From IMG/VR virus record IMGVR_UViG_3300044300_001349, positions 1 through 28,066 of that record: DNA of 28,066 nt, one strand, 5' to 3'. How positions within the stretch are numbered: position 1 is the first letter of the stretch; every line of letters begins with the position of its first letter. Position numbers and translations under genes: made by a program. The DNA comes from a virus (Duplodnaviria > Caudoviricetes). Below are positions 9,701 through 18,616 of this stretch, one piece after another. A model generated the notes under the pieces. That model was given only the letters and a program-made list of their open reading frames with translations, ran no database searches and was not told the DNA's origin.

Positions 9701-12700
9701 TATATTAGTTTTTCTTTCTTCATGAGGTAACATTATCTGACCTCTAATTATCATTTCACTCAAATCGCCAGAATTTTTAAATAAAGTAGGTAATAATCTT
9801 GTCTTTTTTCCTTTCCCTAAATGACTTTTTACAGATTGAATTAATGGAGCCTGTCCTCCATATCTAAATGATTCAGTTGGAACTTCTCCTTGTATTCTAT
9901 TTGTTATAGATCTTCTAGTAGTAAATATATTATCTATGTATTCTTTTGCTAAATATTTCTGTACTTGATTTAAACTATAATCTATTGGATCAGCAAAATC
10001 TTTTTGTTTTAAATAAAACATCATAGTGCTTAAGTGTTGTAAAGAACCTTCATTTGAATCTTCTGGAATATTACCTTCAATCATTTTTTGTTTCATAAAA
10101 CTATTTAACTTGTAAGGATCAGATAATATTTCAGCCATATAATCTAAATTATCATTTAACTCTCCTTCTATTTCATTAAAAGCTCTAGAGTGTTCAGATA
10201 TATCCATGTAATTATAATCGCCAACTCCTTCACTAGCTGATAATAATTTAGCATCTTTTTCAGGTCGGAAACCAATTGCATCAATATCTACTTTTCTTAT
10301 TAAATCATTTTTATTTGTAATCTTATAATTACCTAATTCATCCCATTCTTTTTCTTTTATAATAGTATTGTCATCCCCATCATATGCTTTTGCTCCAGAT
10401 TTAGTAACTAAAATATCAACATCTGGGTTTAATTTAAAAAATCCTTCTAAAGATGGATCGTATGTAAATAAAGTTTTACCATACAACAAAGTTTTTCCTT
10501 CACCTTGAGAAGATATAACAGGTTTTATAGGATTCATTGATTTTGAATCATGCCCCATATATGTATGAAACTCCATCATTGCTCTTTTTGATATATAAGA
10601 TATACTATCAAAACCTGACACTTTGCCATGAGCTCCACCAATATTGTTTTCTAATGTTAAATTTTTAAGATCTGGATATTCAGCTTCATATTCATCAACT
10701 GTATTCTTAATAATTTTTGACATATTTTCAGTATCATCATCCCATACAACAATATTAAATCCTTTTTTATTCTTTAATCTATCTTCTATTAATTTTGAAG
10801 CATTATCAGATTTACCTAGTAATTTTCTAGCATTTAATAATGATTTAAGATATTTTTCTGTTGGCCTAACAAAACTCTTAGTAGAGTATAATTTTATTCT
10901 TTTTGTATATTTATCTACAAATTCAGGTTCTGATGAATTTATTATATTATAAAATAATTCATTATCTTTACTTTTATAACCTGCTTCTAATATTAAAAAC
11001 CTAGAAGCTAATTCAACTTTATAATCATCATAAAAATTTTCATCAGTTGTTTCATCAAAAGATTTTTTAAGATTATTTATTATTGCTTTATTTTCAATTT
11101 TATTAGAGTGTTCATCATAAAAACGATTGAAATCTTCTACTATTTTTCTAACATCTTTACTGTTAATAACAATACTATCCATGCCATCAAATATATCTAA
11201 CTTTACTATGCCTATATCGTTTTTTTGTATTCCATTTTCATCAACAATTAAATCACCATCAGACCTATCTGATCCATCAAATTTATTTGAAAATGTTCCT
11301 TCTTTACCAAAACCAGCTCCCGCTAGATCTTGAGCAACTTGAACTCTAATTTGTTTTATTTTTATCTTTAATTCATCTGGAACACTTTCAGTTTGTAAAA
11401 TATTATAAACTCTTTCATTAGGAACATTAGACCTACCATATTCTTTTATTAATACATTATTATCAAAAAATGAATAATCAATTCCTAAATTATTGAAATA
11501 TTTATGAACTGGATTTTTTTGTATAACTTCTTTTTTATCATCAAATAAAACTTTTCCATTTTCTATTTTTAATTTTTGTACAAAGTCTTTATCCTTTGAT
11601 CCAAATACTATTTGTGTAATATCTTGAATAGCTTCTCTTTTTTCTCTTAAAGTAAATTTTTTAAATTCTTTATTACCTAAAGAAATTTGTTTTGTAAATG
11701 ACATTATAGATTCATCAGTTATGTTTCTATCAGCATCAAATATTTCAGTATCAAATTTTGATTGTTTTACTTTAATGTCTTCATTTTTAAAACTTACATA
11801 TTCAATATTAGTTTCAAAGTTTTGACCTAATACTTCACTTCTAATATTATATTTATTAAAAAATTGATCTAAGTTTATTGATGGATTCTTTTTAACATCA
11901 CTAGCATCTCCTATATATTTTCTATCTATTTCTCTTCTTTTATTTATTTGCTCTTCAATAAAAGAATCATTGACGCCTTTTGCTATAATAAATTCATTTA
12001 AATTTTCAAATTTTTCTAATGTAATATTTTCATTAATTAATTGAAGATTTCCATTAACATCTTTTTTAATAACACCCTGTCTTTTTAACATGCTTAATAT
12101 ATTTATATGAGCTTGTTCGTCAAATTGAGTAAGATATTCTTTCATCCTATTTTTAACAGGATCTAATGGACTATTGTTCATTGCATCAAACAATTCTTTT
12201 AATTTTACGTTTTCTTCAAATTTATTAGTTTTTGAATATATACTATCAAGTACACTTTCTAATTCATTAATAGTATCATCTCTTTTAATGATTCTTGGAT
12301 CATCAATAATATTTACTAATCCATCTGTATCTTCTTTTAATCTTGTTAATATTTCGTTATATCTTGTTGCTAAAGATTGATTGGATGGGATATTTAATCT
12401 TATAAATGAAAAACCTCTAATACCTTTATCACTAATTAATCCAGGTTGGCTAAACATTTCTTTACTAGAAAATTTTACAATAAAATTAACATCAGCTGCA
12501 CTAGTAACTTTATTATTTAATCTTATTCTATTAATATCATTAAGAACCATTTGATACATAAATCGTAAATTAGGTTTATTAAAGTTTTCTATATCTAATC
12601 CTAAACTTTTATCTAAGTAATTTTTTAAATCACTTATTCTTTCATCTTCTATTTGCCTTGTTGATAATTCAGTTGTTATATCGTACTTACCTAATGTTTT

Positions 12701-15295
12701 TATTATATTATGTACTTTTTCTAATTCTATAGATTTTTTACCAGATTTATTACCAACTTTACTATAATCATCTATAATTTTACCATTGTGCAAAATACCT
12801 ACATCAGTAAGTAAACTATTTAATTTATCATCTGCTCTTTCTGGTGAAAATATTTCCATAACTTTCTTAGTAACATTGTTACCTTTGTTTCTAATCATGG
12901 GAACTATATAAGATTCAACATCTGTAAATCTAAATTCTTTTCTTCCATCAAAGTTTTCTATTGATGTATTAATTGATTGTTCTGAATCTCTCACAATATT
13001 ATAAACAGATTTCAAACTTTCTGGAGATACTATTGTGTTTACAGATTGTTTATGTATTTTAGCATTTCCTAAACCATGAGATATTTCTACTGCCATTTCA
13101 AGACTGGAAAACATATCTAATATTTCTTGTTCTGCTTCTATACCTTCTTTACCAAGCCATTCTTTATAATCTCCATTTCTAGCATTTTTTAATAATTGTG
13201 GAGTTGTTTTAAAATCTTTAGGTATAGTAATACCTCTTTTTGTTGATACAATATTTAGATCGTCTAATCCAGCTCTATTTAAATCTTCTAATACTGATAC
13301 AATAGATTGCTCTATTCCTTTTGTAGCTTTATCAACTCTTTCATCAATTGCTTTTCTAAAGTCTTCAGTAGTTTTTAAACCTTGTTTATTAAAAATATTT
13401 TCTATTTCATTAGCTTGCTTTAGAGTTAATTGATCTAAAGTTTTTACATACTTAAAATCTTCTTTTAATATACCATGAATCATTTCAAATTTTCCATTTG
13501 TAGGATCAATTGCATTACCGGGAATAGATTCATAATCTAAAAATGGTACATCGTCTGGTAAAAGTTTATCATTAGTAATAGATTCATCAGTATCGCTTAT
13601 TATTCTTTGTTCTTTTAAATATGTAGTTAATTCTGGATTATCTCTAGATATTCCAACTCCAAATGTCTCATTCCCCCTAGCAAAAGTAGGAGAAAAAGAA
13701 GAAGTATTTTGAACATCAACACCTAAAGCTTCTAAAGATTCTCTTATTTTTTTAATCCTAGGCCCAATATCTATCTTGCCTACATTACCTCTTCTTTGTG
13801 TAAAAGAACCTATTATAAAACTAGATATAAAATCTTCTACTTGAAGTTCCTGTCCTTCAACATGAGCCTGAACAGCTGATACTCCACCCATTGAAAGACC
13901 ACCAACTGCCATTTTTAACCATATATTTTTATAATTTTGCCATCCTTCTTCTATAGCTTCTTTTCTTAAATCTTTTGCATATTTTCTTTTTTCAGACATT
14001 AACCATTTAATAGCTTTATCTTTAGCATCATCACCAAATTCTCTTGTTAATTCTCTTTCAATATTTTTATGAGCTAAATCTCTATTAACTAAATTAAATT
14101 TATTAAAATCAATGTAATTATCTCCAAATTCTAATCTTGTTGATCTTCCATTCATTTTATTAACATCAGCCATTTGAGCTAATTGTTTTGAAAGGTATCT
14201 TAAACTTTTATTTTTGTATGTATTAGCTCCTAAATAAGCTTTAACTCCATCAGCAAAATCTTTTCTAGATTCACTCATTTTTGAAAATCTACTATAACCT
14301 AAAGATGGGAGAGCTGCTGTCGTAACATTAATTGCAGTACCAGCTAAAAATCCATAAGCAGATGCTTTTAAAGCTTGACCCCAATCATATTCTTTTTGTT
14401 CGTCTCTTAATATTCTTTGAGTTTGTATAGATGATTCCATCAAGAAATCAGAAATTGCAAATACAGTAGCATCATTTAATAATTCTGGTAATACCCTTGC
14501 TGTAAAAGTATCACCATATTTAACTTTTGCTAATTGTTGTAAATTTTGTATAGGAACGCCTTTTTTAATAGCTGCATCTTTCATTTTCCTAATGATTTTA
14601 GCTTGATCAGATGTCATCCTTCCAAATTTCATCTCTCTAGCAATATATGTATTTATATTTTTTTCAAATGATTCTCTAAATAATTTATCTGCTTTTAAAT
14701 TTTTAGATGCAAATTGAGAAGTTTCAGTTGCAAATTTATTAGAAAAATCATTAATAATTTTTTTATCTAAACCTGCTTCTTTTCCTATTTTGGAAGAAAT
14801 TTCTTGAGAAGATTTAACAGATCTTTTTCCAAACCCTCTTATTATAGAAGGAGAAATAAATTTTGCTCCAAATCTTAATGGAGCTTTAACTGGGAGTCCA
14901 ATAAGATAACCAATTCCACTTCCAACTCCTCCAGCTACTTTAGCAAAAGGATCATCTTCTTGAAATTCTCTTACAGTTGTTTGGATACCAGCATCGTATA
15001 ATCCAGCTTCTACTAAACCAGGAGCTCCAAAAGCAGCTGATTCCGTAAGTTCATAACCAAAAGCAGCACCAGATTTATAAAGAGATTGCCCAATTGATTG
15101 CAATATATTTAAATTATTAGGTTCTTGAGGTCCTCTGTTTATTTCTTGTTGCAATAAAGAATTAGAAAATATATCAACAACTTCGTCTTCTTTATTATCA
15201 ATATCGTATTGATTTATATAAGAAACTCCAATAGTATTTTGTTTTTTATTTTTCCTACGTTCTAATATGTAAGCTATAGCTTCTGGGCTAGGCAT
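6746..15295 (-). CDS. Giant virion protein containing a single-chain two-barrel (DPBB) DNA-directed RNA polymerase; putative virion RNA polymerase
   Basis: 2849 aa. Ordered motifs KYTKRIKLYST (aa 1462-), IVVWDD, GFDSISYIS (D1563), YGKT (K1607), ILVTKSGAK (K1636), ISRRNPRTRPDD (R1943-P1946), EGDYDADK (D1984/1986/1988), GIGIV and ILDGANK (D2134). Gly/Ala-rich hydrophobic N-terminal segments; Cys only at aa 2848. Confidence 0.82.
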   Translation of the reverse strand: MPSPEAIAYILERRKNKKQNTIGVSYINQYDIDNKEDEVVDIFSNSLLQQEINRGPQEPNNLNILQSIGQSLYKSGAAFGYELTESAAFGAPGLVEAGLYDAGIQTTVREFQEDDPFAKVAGGVGSGIGYLIGLPVKAPLRFGAKFISPSIIRGFGKRSVKSSQEISSKIGKEAGLDKKIINDFSNKFATETSQFASKNLKADKLFRESFEKNINTYIAREMKFGRMTSDQAKIIRKMKDAAIKKGVPIQNLQQLAKVKYGDTFTARVLPELLNDATVFAISDFLMESSIQTQRILRDEQKEYDWGQALKASAYGFLAGTAINVTTAALPSLGYSRFSKMSESRKDFADGVKAYLGANTYKNKSLRYLSKQLAQMADVNKMNGRSTRLEFGDNYIDFNKFNLVNRDLAHKNIERELTREFGDDAKDKAIKWLMSEKRKYAKDLRKEAIEEGWQNYKNIWLKMAVGGLSMGGVSAVQAHVEGQELQVEDFISSFIIGSFTQRRGNVGKIDIGPRIKKIRESLEALGVDVQNTSSFSPTFARGNETFGVGISRDNPELTTYLKEQRIISDTDESITNDKLLPDDVPFLDYESIPGNAIDPTNGKFEMIHGILKEDFKYVKTLDQLTLKQANEIENIFNKQGLKTTEDFRKAIDERVDKATKGIEQSIVSVLEDLNRAGLDDLNIVSTKRGITIPKDFKTTPQLLKNARNGDYKEWLGKEGIEAEQEILDMFSSLEMAVEISHGLGNAKIHKQSVNTIVSPESLKSVYNIVRDSEQSINTSIENFDGRKEFRFTDVESYIVPMIRNKGNNVTKKVMEIFSPERADDKLNSLLTDVGILHNGKIIDDYSKVGNKSGKKSIELEKVHNIIKTLGKYDITTELSTRQIEDERISDLKNYLDKSLGLDIENFNKPNLRFMYQMVLNDINRIRLNNKVTSAADVNFIVKFSSKEMFSQPGLISDKGIRGFSFIRLNIPSNQSLATRYNEILTRLKEDTDGLVNIIDDPRIIKRDDTINELESVLDSIYSKTNKFEENVKLKELFDAMNNSPLDPVKNRMKEYLTQFDEQAHINILSMLKRQGVIKKDVNGNLQLINENITLEKFENLNEFIIAKGVNDSFIEEQINKRREIDRKYIGDASDVKKNPSINLDQFFNKYNIRSEVLGQNFETNIEYVSFKNEDIKVKQSKFDTEIFDADRNITDESIMSFTKQISLGNKEFKKFTLREKREAIQDITQIVFGSKDKDFVQKLKIENGKVLFDDKKEVIQKNPVHKYFNNLGIDYSFFDNNVLIKEYGRSNVPNERVYNILQTESVPDELKIKIKQIRVQVAQDLAGAGFGKEGTFSNKFDGSDRSDGDLIVDENGIQKNDIGIVKLDIFDGMDSIVINSKDVRKIVEDFNRFYDEHSNKIENKAIINNLKKSFDETTDENFYDDYKVELASRFLILEAGYKSKDNELFYNIINSSEPEFVDKYTKRIKLYSTKSFVRPTEKYLKSLLNARKLLGKSDNASKLIEDRLKNKKGFNIVVWDDDTENMSKIIKNTVDEYEAEYPDLKNLTLENNIGGAHGKVSGFDSISYISKRAMMEFHTYMGHDSKSMNPIKPVISSQGEGKTLLYGKTLFTYDPSLEGFFKLNPDVDILVTKSGAKAYDGDDNTIIKEKEWDELGNYKITNKNDLIRKVDIDAIGFRPEKDAKLLSASEGVGDYNYMDISEHSRAFNEIEGELNDNLDYMAEILSDPYKLNSFMKQKMIEGNIPEDSNEGSLQHLSTMMFYLKQKDFADPIDYSLNQVQKYLAKEYIDNIFTTRRSITNRIQGEVPTESFRYGGQAPLIQSVKSHLGKGKKTRLLPTLFKNSGDLSEMIIRGQIMLPHEERKTNISQLSQSGKNIRIVQNKRVLNVKEFLDDFKDSITKEDEKYIESAEEYLTTNATLETAHDFIQSISEMTGTRYELGVISRRNPRTRPDDITLLGLKGFLSKEQGLAVEINSFDIVNTYEGDYDADKVDYFFAHSDFMFDYINRNQAFHVQGIDPSDAQSPSNFTFQLDSKASHKSMLQKIGTSVGYKRGIGIVQKTPRKINYLQNLANDNYLFDATKREKWDLNIKQNKMTNDFDGPGIMYKSGDNEFVTVDTRTLAYYQRSAYETQYILDGANKLNPNISSNIYEWSDNYLFPDNRNSISPREARSSDLKEILQNGQTATGKRVRIFEKYKLEDGKYKATEDLNEADKLVIREFLNQQNKLLTAFGDQSYTDGVPRKSSFYDLQIGAKGFRDFHKNLYDSLKRQLFHKRKILQKDDDIYLDELLKKENGRFKPIDKKSRDIYDGKGGGYLDRIAVTIAKKDLMEDRKQYNLDTNVYLKIEEWFDSLVSSPSKYVDSKIEDSSDLDLPPIDTDNLDELTTAIVNDTKNFNKSIASIKRLSYKKEIIRKSNYGLKWKKNKIQSFDYVIKKLKEKFYTQYKKDISKINPRDLKYKDYVLIDDSNLKRSVIHANTMSAMLRHSPGGFKYDSWTESLTKKQREDLDAIKQFNKETYGSNTLLDDIIPFGRKSILTSKKMIDYVAQHSSGIANVFELRQKYLLDKIEKHGIKFLYAYMEPTRNRDAIGVFNNRPISIPYKESKRYSHGIQLLAGIASGKKLVGNEVSRQKSARLASEYSLDVMLDANEYYRKFFNKDVSLRSRSDMQMDRMGIMPFDKNMQRRIKNNLDFNWLSESLPSNEFSTINKSVIGMYKDYIDLLPNKTSKEYYDFVNKLNDIEEYSYRKDYMNPLKHIEKRLSLDEDFVKISQQKIYDVEGDDGLPENLKNNKMYNHFEFIQFEPTLRKKPKKLINMLKNITDMESSLINGVREMPFKDSGREKTLKIREALNCN

Positions 15296-15296
15296 A

Positions 15297-16352
15297 TTAT
15301 TCTATATCGCTTTCAGAAAAACCTGCATCTATCAAATCTTGTTTTTCATCATCAGTAAAGATAATATCTTGATTATTATAATCCATATTTTGTTCTCTTG
15401 CTTGTCTCATAAGAATATTATCTAATTTTTTATTAATTCTAATATTTACAGTTTTATCTATTAATTCTTGAAAACTTGCTGTTTGAAATTCTTGATCTTC
15501 TGTCTTTTTTTCACTTTTTAATTGTTGCAAACTAAAGAAAATATCTTTTGCTTTTTGAAAACTAATATTGTTTTTTCCAGCTTGTTCTATAAAATTTTTA
15601 TTATTTACAATACTGCCTGCAAGGTTATTTAAAACATCAACTAAATATTTATTATTAGGAATTCCAGATTTGCTTTTTTGCAATTCTAAAGACATTATTC
15701 CAGTTAAAAGACCGTCTCCATATGCAGTATCTTTTCCTATTAAAGTTTCTAAATATTTTTTTTGGTCTCCGTCAACTGCATTATATATTTTTGTTCTTAA
15801 TTCACTTAAATCAAAATCTTTTGTTATAGCTGAATCCGATGCTTTTGAAAAAACTACACTAGGTATTATACGCTCCATTTGTAATTGATTAAACAATGAT
15901 TCAGATTTTAAATTAAATTTATTTTCAGAATTAGCTATCATTCCTTCTCTAATATTTTCACGTTCTTGTTCTTTTAAAGATTCTAATTGCATTTTAGCTT
16001 TTTCAAGTTGGATTATTTTTAATTTATCTTGTTGTTCTTTTTCTTTTTGAATAGAAGCATTATCAGATGCTATTTTCATTGCATTTAATTCTATTTGTTG
16101 TTTTTCTTGTTCTATTTTAGATAAATCCATTGCTAATTGAGATGCCGATATATCTCTTTGTTCCTTATCTTTATCTCTACGTTCTTGATTTCTTCTAAAA
16201 TCCATCATTTCTTTTTGATAATTAGCATCTATTTGTTGTTGTTTTAATTTTCTACCCATATCCAACATAGCTAAAGATTCATCAATTTTTTGACGTTGTC
16301 TTTCTGTTTTATATTTTATTATAGAATTAAGAGCTTGTAATGTTTGAGACAT
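15297..16352 (-). CDS. Putative internal virion/ejection protein (Q/E/K-rich coiled coil)
   Basis: 351 aa, long charged helical N-terminal half, no Cys or Trp, located directly upstream of the giant protein. Confidence 0.6.
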   Translation of the reverse strand: MSQTLQALNSIIKYKTERQRQKIDESLAMLDMGRKLKQQQIDANYQKEMMDFRRNQERRDKDKEQRDISASQLAMDLSKIEQEKQQIELNAMKIASDNASIQKEKEQQDKLKIIQLEKAKMQLESLKEQERENIREGMIANSENKFNLKSESLFNQLQMERIIPSVVFSKASDSAITKDFDLSELRTKIYNAVDGDQKKYLETLIGKDTAYGDGLLTGIMSLELQKSKSGIPNNKYLVDVLNNLAGSIVNNKNFIEQAGKNNISFQKAKDIFFSLQQLKSEKKTEDQEFQTASFQELIDKTVNIRINKKLDNILMRQAREQNMDYNNQDIIFTDDEKQDLIDAGFSESDIE

Positions 16353-16354
16353 AA

Positions 16355-16852
16355 TTAAAACAATCCAAAGTATTTAGTATCTGCTTGTTGATCTGCTAAT
16401 CTTTTTTGACCTTCTAATTGTTTTCTTTGCAAATCAAATTCAAGTCTTTGTTGTTCAAAATTAGATAAAGTATCTGACATTGTTTTAGAAAGACCAATAT
16501 CTATATCTTCTAATTTATCTTGAGCTGCTTTTCTAGTTCTTTTTATCATTTCATCATCCATTCCTATGCTAGCAAATCCAGTAGATGCAGTTATATTTTC
16601 TTGTTTTTTTCTAACATTTTCTAAATTAAAAGTAGCAACGTCAGAAGATCTTTCTGCTATTCTTTTAGCTTCTAAAGCTGGTAAAGACAAACTAGCTCCT
16701 AAAGATTCTTGCAATGTAGATGAAGCTTCATCAAGCCCTTGTATTCCTTCTCCAAAAAAATCACTTTGCAATCTTCCTTCTTTTTTTATATTACTTGTTT
16801 TTGCAATCTCTTGAACTCCAGCTAATGCTAATCCTATAGCTTCCATTAACAT
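16355..16852 (-). CDS. Putative small ejection/pilot protein
   Basis: 165 aa. Hydrophobic N-terminal helix (MLMEAIGLALAGV), coiled coil, C-terminal YFGLF and no Cys. This architecture is typical of the first ejected proteins of podoviruses. Confidence 0.6.
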   Translation of the reverse strand: MLMEAIGLALAGVQEIAKTSNIKKEGRLQSDFFGEGIQGLDEASSTLQESLGASLSLPALEAKRIAERSSDVATFNLENVRKKQENITASTGFASIGMDDEMIKRTRKAAQDKLEDIDIGLSKTMSDTLSNFEQQRLEFDLQRKQLEGQKRLADQQADTKYFGLF

Positions 16853-17527
16853 TTAAGTATTTCCCCTTTCTGTATCAACTATTTGTTGATCATCGTCTGT
16901 TACAAATTGATACATTGGATCAGGATCATAATTTCGTAAAGGTATTGCACTAGGTTGTCCATATATACTTTTAAAATCAAAATTCATTTTAGGCATTTCC
17001 ATATTAAGTGATGGAGTTGTCATATCCATCATTGACGGATCGTCTGTTAATTCTAATAAATCTTCCACTGCTTTTTCTGATAAAATTGATTTACCTCTAG
17101 CAGCTACATCATATCGACTTCCTAATTTTCTTTCTCCTAAGAAGTATTGATCTTGTTCCATATTTACTTTACTACTTAAATATTCAGATATTCCTGTTTT
17201 CTTTTTAAAAACATCCATTAAAGAAGGTGCTTTTTCTATTCTAAATTTTTCTTTTGCCTCATCTGGAAGAGAAGTTTTAAAAGCTTCTACATTTTCTTTT
17301 AAATCTCTTCTCTGTTTTAATCTTTCTCCAAAACTACTAGCTGCTTCTAGACCTGAAGATAAAGTTGAAAAAAATTGATCTGATTGTTGTTGCTTTAAAG
17401 CATTTAATGAACTATCCACTTCAGCTTCTAATAATGTAGAAGAAACTGCTGATAAATCACCTGCTAATTTTCTTTGAGATGCTCCTCTTGTTCTAATAGC
17501 GGATTTTATTTTAGAAGCTGTTGCCAT
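16853..17527 (-). CDS. Putative internal virion protein
   Basis: 224 aa, Ala/Ser/Gln-rich helical N-terminus, Met/Pro/Asp-rich low-complexity tail, no Cys. First gene after the only sizeable intergenic gap. Confidence 0.55.
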   Translation of the reverse strand: MATASKIKSAIRTRGASQRKLAGDLSAVSSTLLEAEVDSSLNALKQQQSDQFFSTLSSGLEAASSFGERLKQRRDLKENVEAFKTSLPDEAKEKFRIEKAPSLMDVFKKKTGISEYLSSKVNMEQDQYFLGERKLGSRYDVAARGKSILSEKAVEDLLELTDDPSMMDMTTPSLNMEMPKMNFDFKSIYGQPSAIPLRNYDPDPMYQFVTDDDQQIVDTERGNT

Positions 17528-17585
17528 ATTGATTATATACTTTTACTATTTAATTTAATTAACATATGTTTTTTATCCAACAATA
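17528..17585 (-). promoter_or_regulatory. AT-rich intergenic region, candidate promoter for the ejection-protein module
   Basis: On the - strand: TTGGAT (17580-17575), 17 nt spacer, TAAATT (17557-17552). Also TATAAT (17537-17532) 4 nt before the ATG, and palindrome AACATATGTT at 17561-17570. Confidence 0.4.
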
Positions 17586-18614
17586 TTATGATGTATGAAG
17601 AGAATTACCTATACTGAAACTTCCAGTTTCTCCAAAAGGATGAAACGCAACATTTGTTCTTGTTTTAAAAAATTCATGAGTTGCATCTCCAGAAGTCGCA
17701 GAAGGACTATATCCCCTTAATTTAATTTTAATAATCATACTCCAAAAATTAGATTCATGAGCAAAATTACCAACAGTTGAATTACCACTAGTATATACTA
17801 AATTACCGCCTCCATCATTATGAGAAGGTAATGTAAAATTATGTTTACCATAAACATCTACTCCTTCAACCATGGGGAAATAAGTATTATTAGAAGTTAC
17901 GCTTAAATCATTTATAAAATGACCATCAGAATCATTTGAAAATCTTCCATTACTTACAATAAATCTATGATTATTACCTTCTCTATTATTCGGTGTAGAA
18001 TTAGTAGCAGTTGAAGTTATATTATTATTTAAATCTGCAACTACATTAGTATTATATTCATATTGATCTGTTTTAATACCGGGTATTTTATAATAATTAG
18101 TATTTGTATGGCCATATCCATTATTAATTCTAGATATTAAATGAGATTTTAAAAAATGCTGACATGGATGAAGAACATTAGAAGATAAAAACCAATGTTC
18201 ATTTGAATCAAAAGTAGCTGAAGGACTACCAGCTCCATCTGTCCAACTAGTTGAACCAGTTGCAGCATTTAAAAAACCAGCAGAATGTAATTGTGATTGA
18301 GTCATTCTTGAACCAGAAAAAGTAATATTATGTAGTGTCATTCCACCAGCAATCCAAAATAATAAACAATCGTAATCTCCAAAAGAATGTTTGTAATTAA
18401 CCCGACCAGGATTATCAGGTTGATCGTCATTAAAAGGATATGATTCTTCAAAATTTTCACTACCTCCCCATCCATCATAATATTCTTGATTAGCATCATC
18501 TAAACTATCATTGTCTTCATGACTGACAACGTTTACAGTTAAAAACCCAGATACTAATCTTCTGTCTGGAAATTTAATATATTTAACAACTTCTATTGGT
18601 TCCATTTTAGCCAT
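17586..18614 (-). CDS. Hypothetical virion protein (Asn/Ser/Thr/His/Gly-rich, probably beta-structured)
   Basis: 342-aa ORF 2 nt downstream of a fibre-like gene, with structural-protein composition. No family recognised. Confidence 0.6.
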   Translation of the reverse strand: MAKMEPIEVVKYIKFPDRRLVSGFLTVNVVSHEDNDSLDDANQEYYDGWGGSENFEESYPFNDDQPDNPGRVNYKHSFGDYDCLLFWIAGGMTLHNITFSGSRMTQSQLHSAGFLNAATGSTSWTDGAGSPSATFDSNEHWFLSSNVLHPCQHFLKSHLISRINNGYGHTNTNYYKIPGIKTDQYEYNTNVVADLNNNITSTATNSTPNNREGNNHRFIVSNGRFSNDSDGHFINDLSVTSNNTYFPMVEGVDVYGKHNFTLPSHNDGGGNLVYTSGNSTVGNFAHESNFWSMIIKIKLRGYSPSATSGDATHEFFKTRTNVAFHPFGETGSFSIGNSLHTS

Positions 18615-18616
18615 TA

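Noticed and set aside
10470-10510. SQGEGKT as a Walker A P-loop in the giant protein
   Set aside because: It does not fit GxxxxGK(T/S) and no Walker B follows. It lies within the predicted first polymerase barrel.
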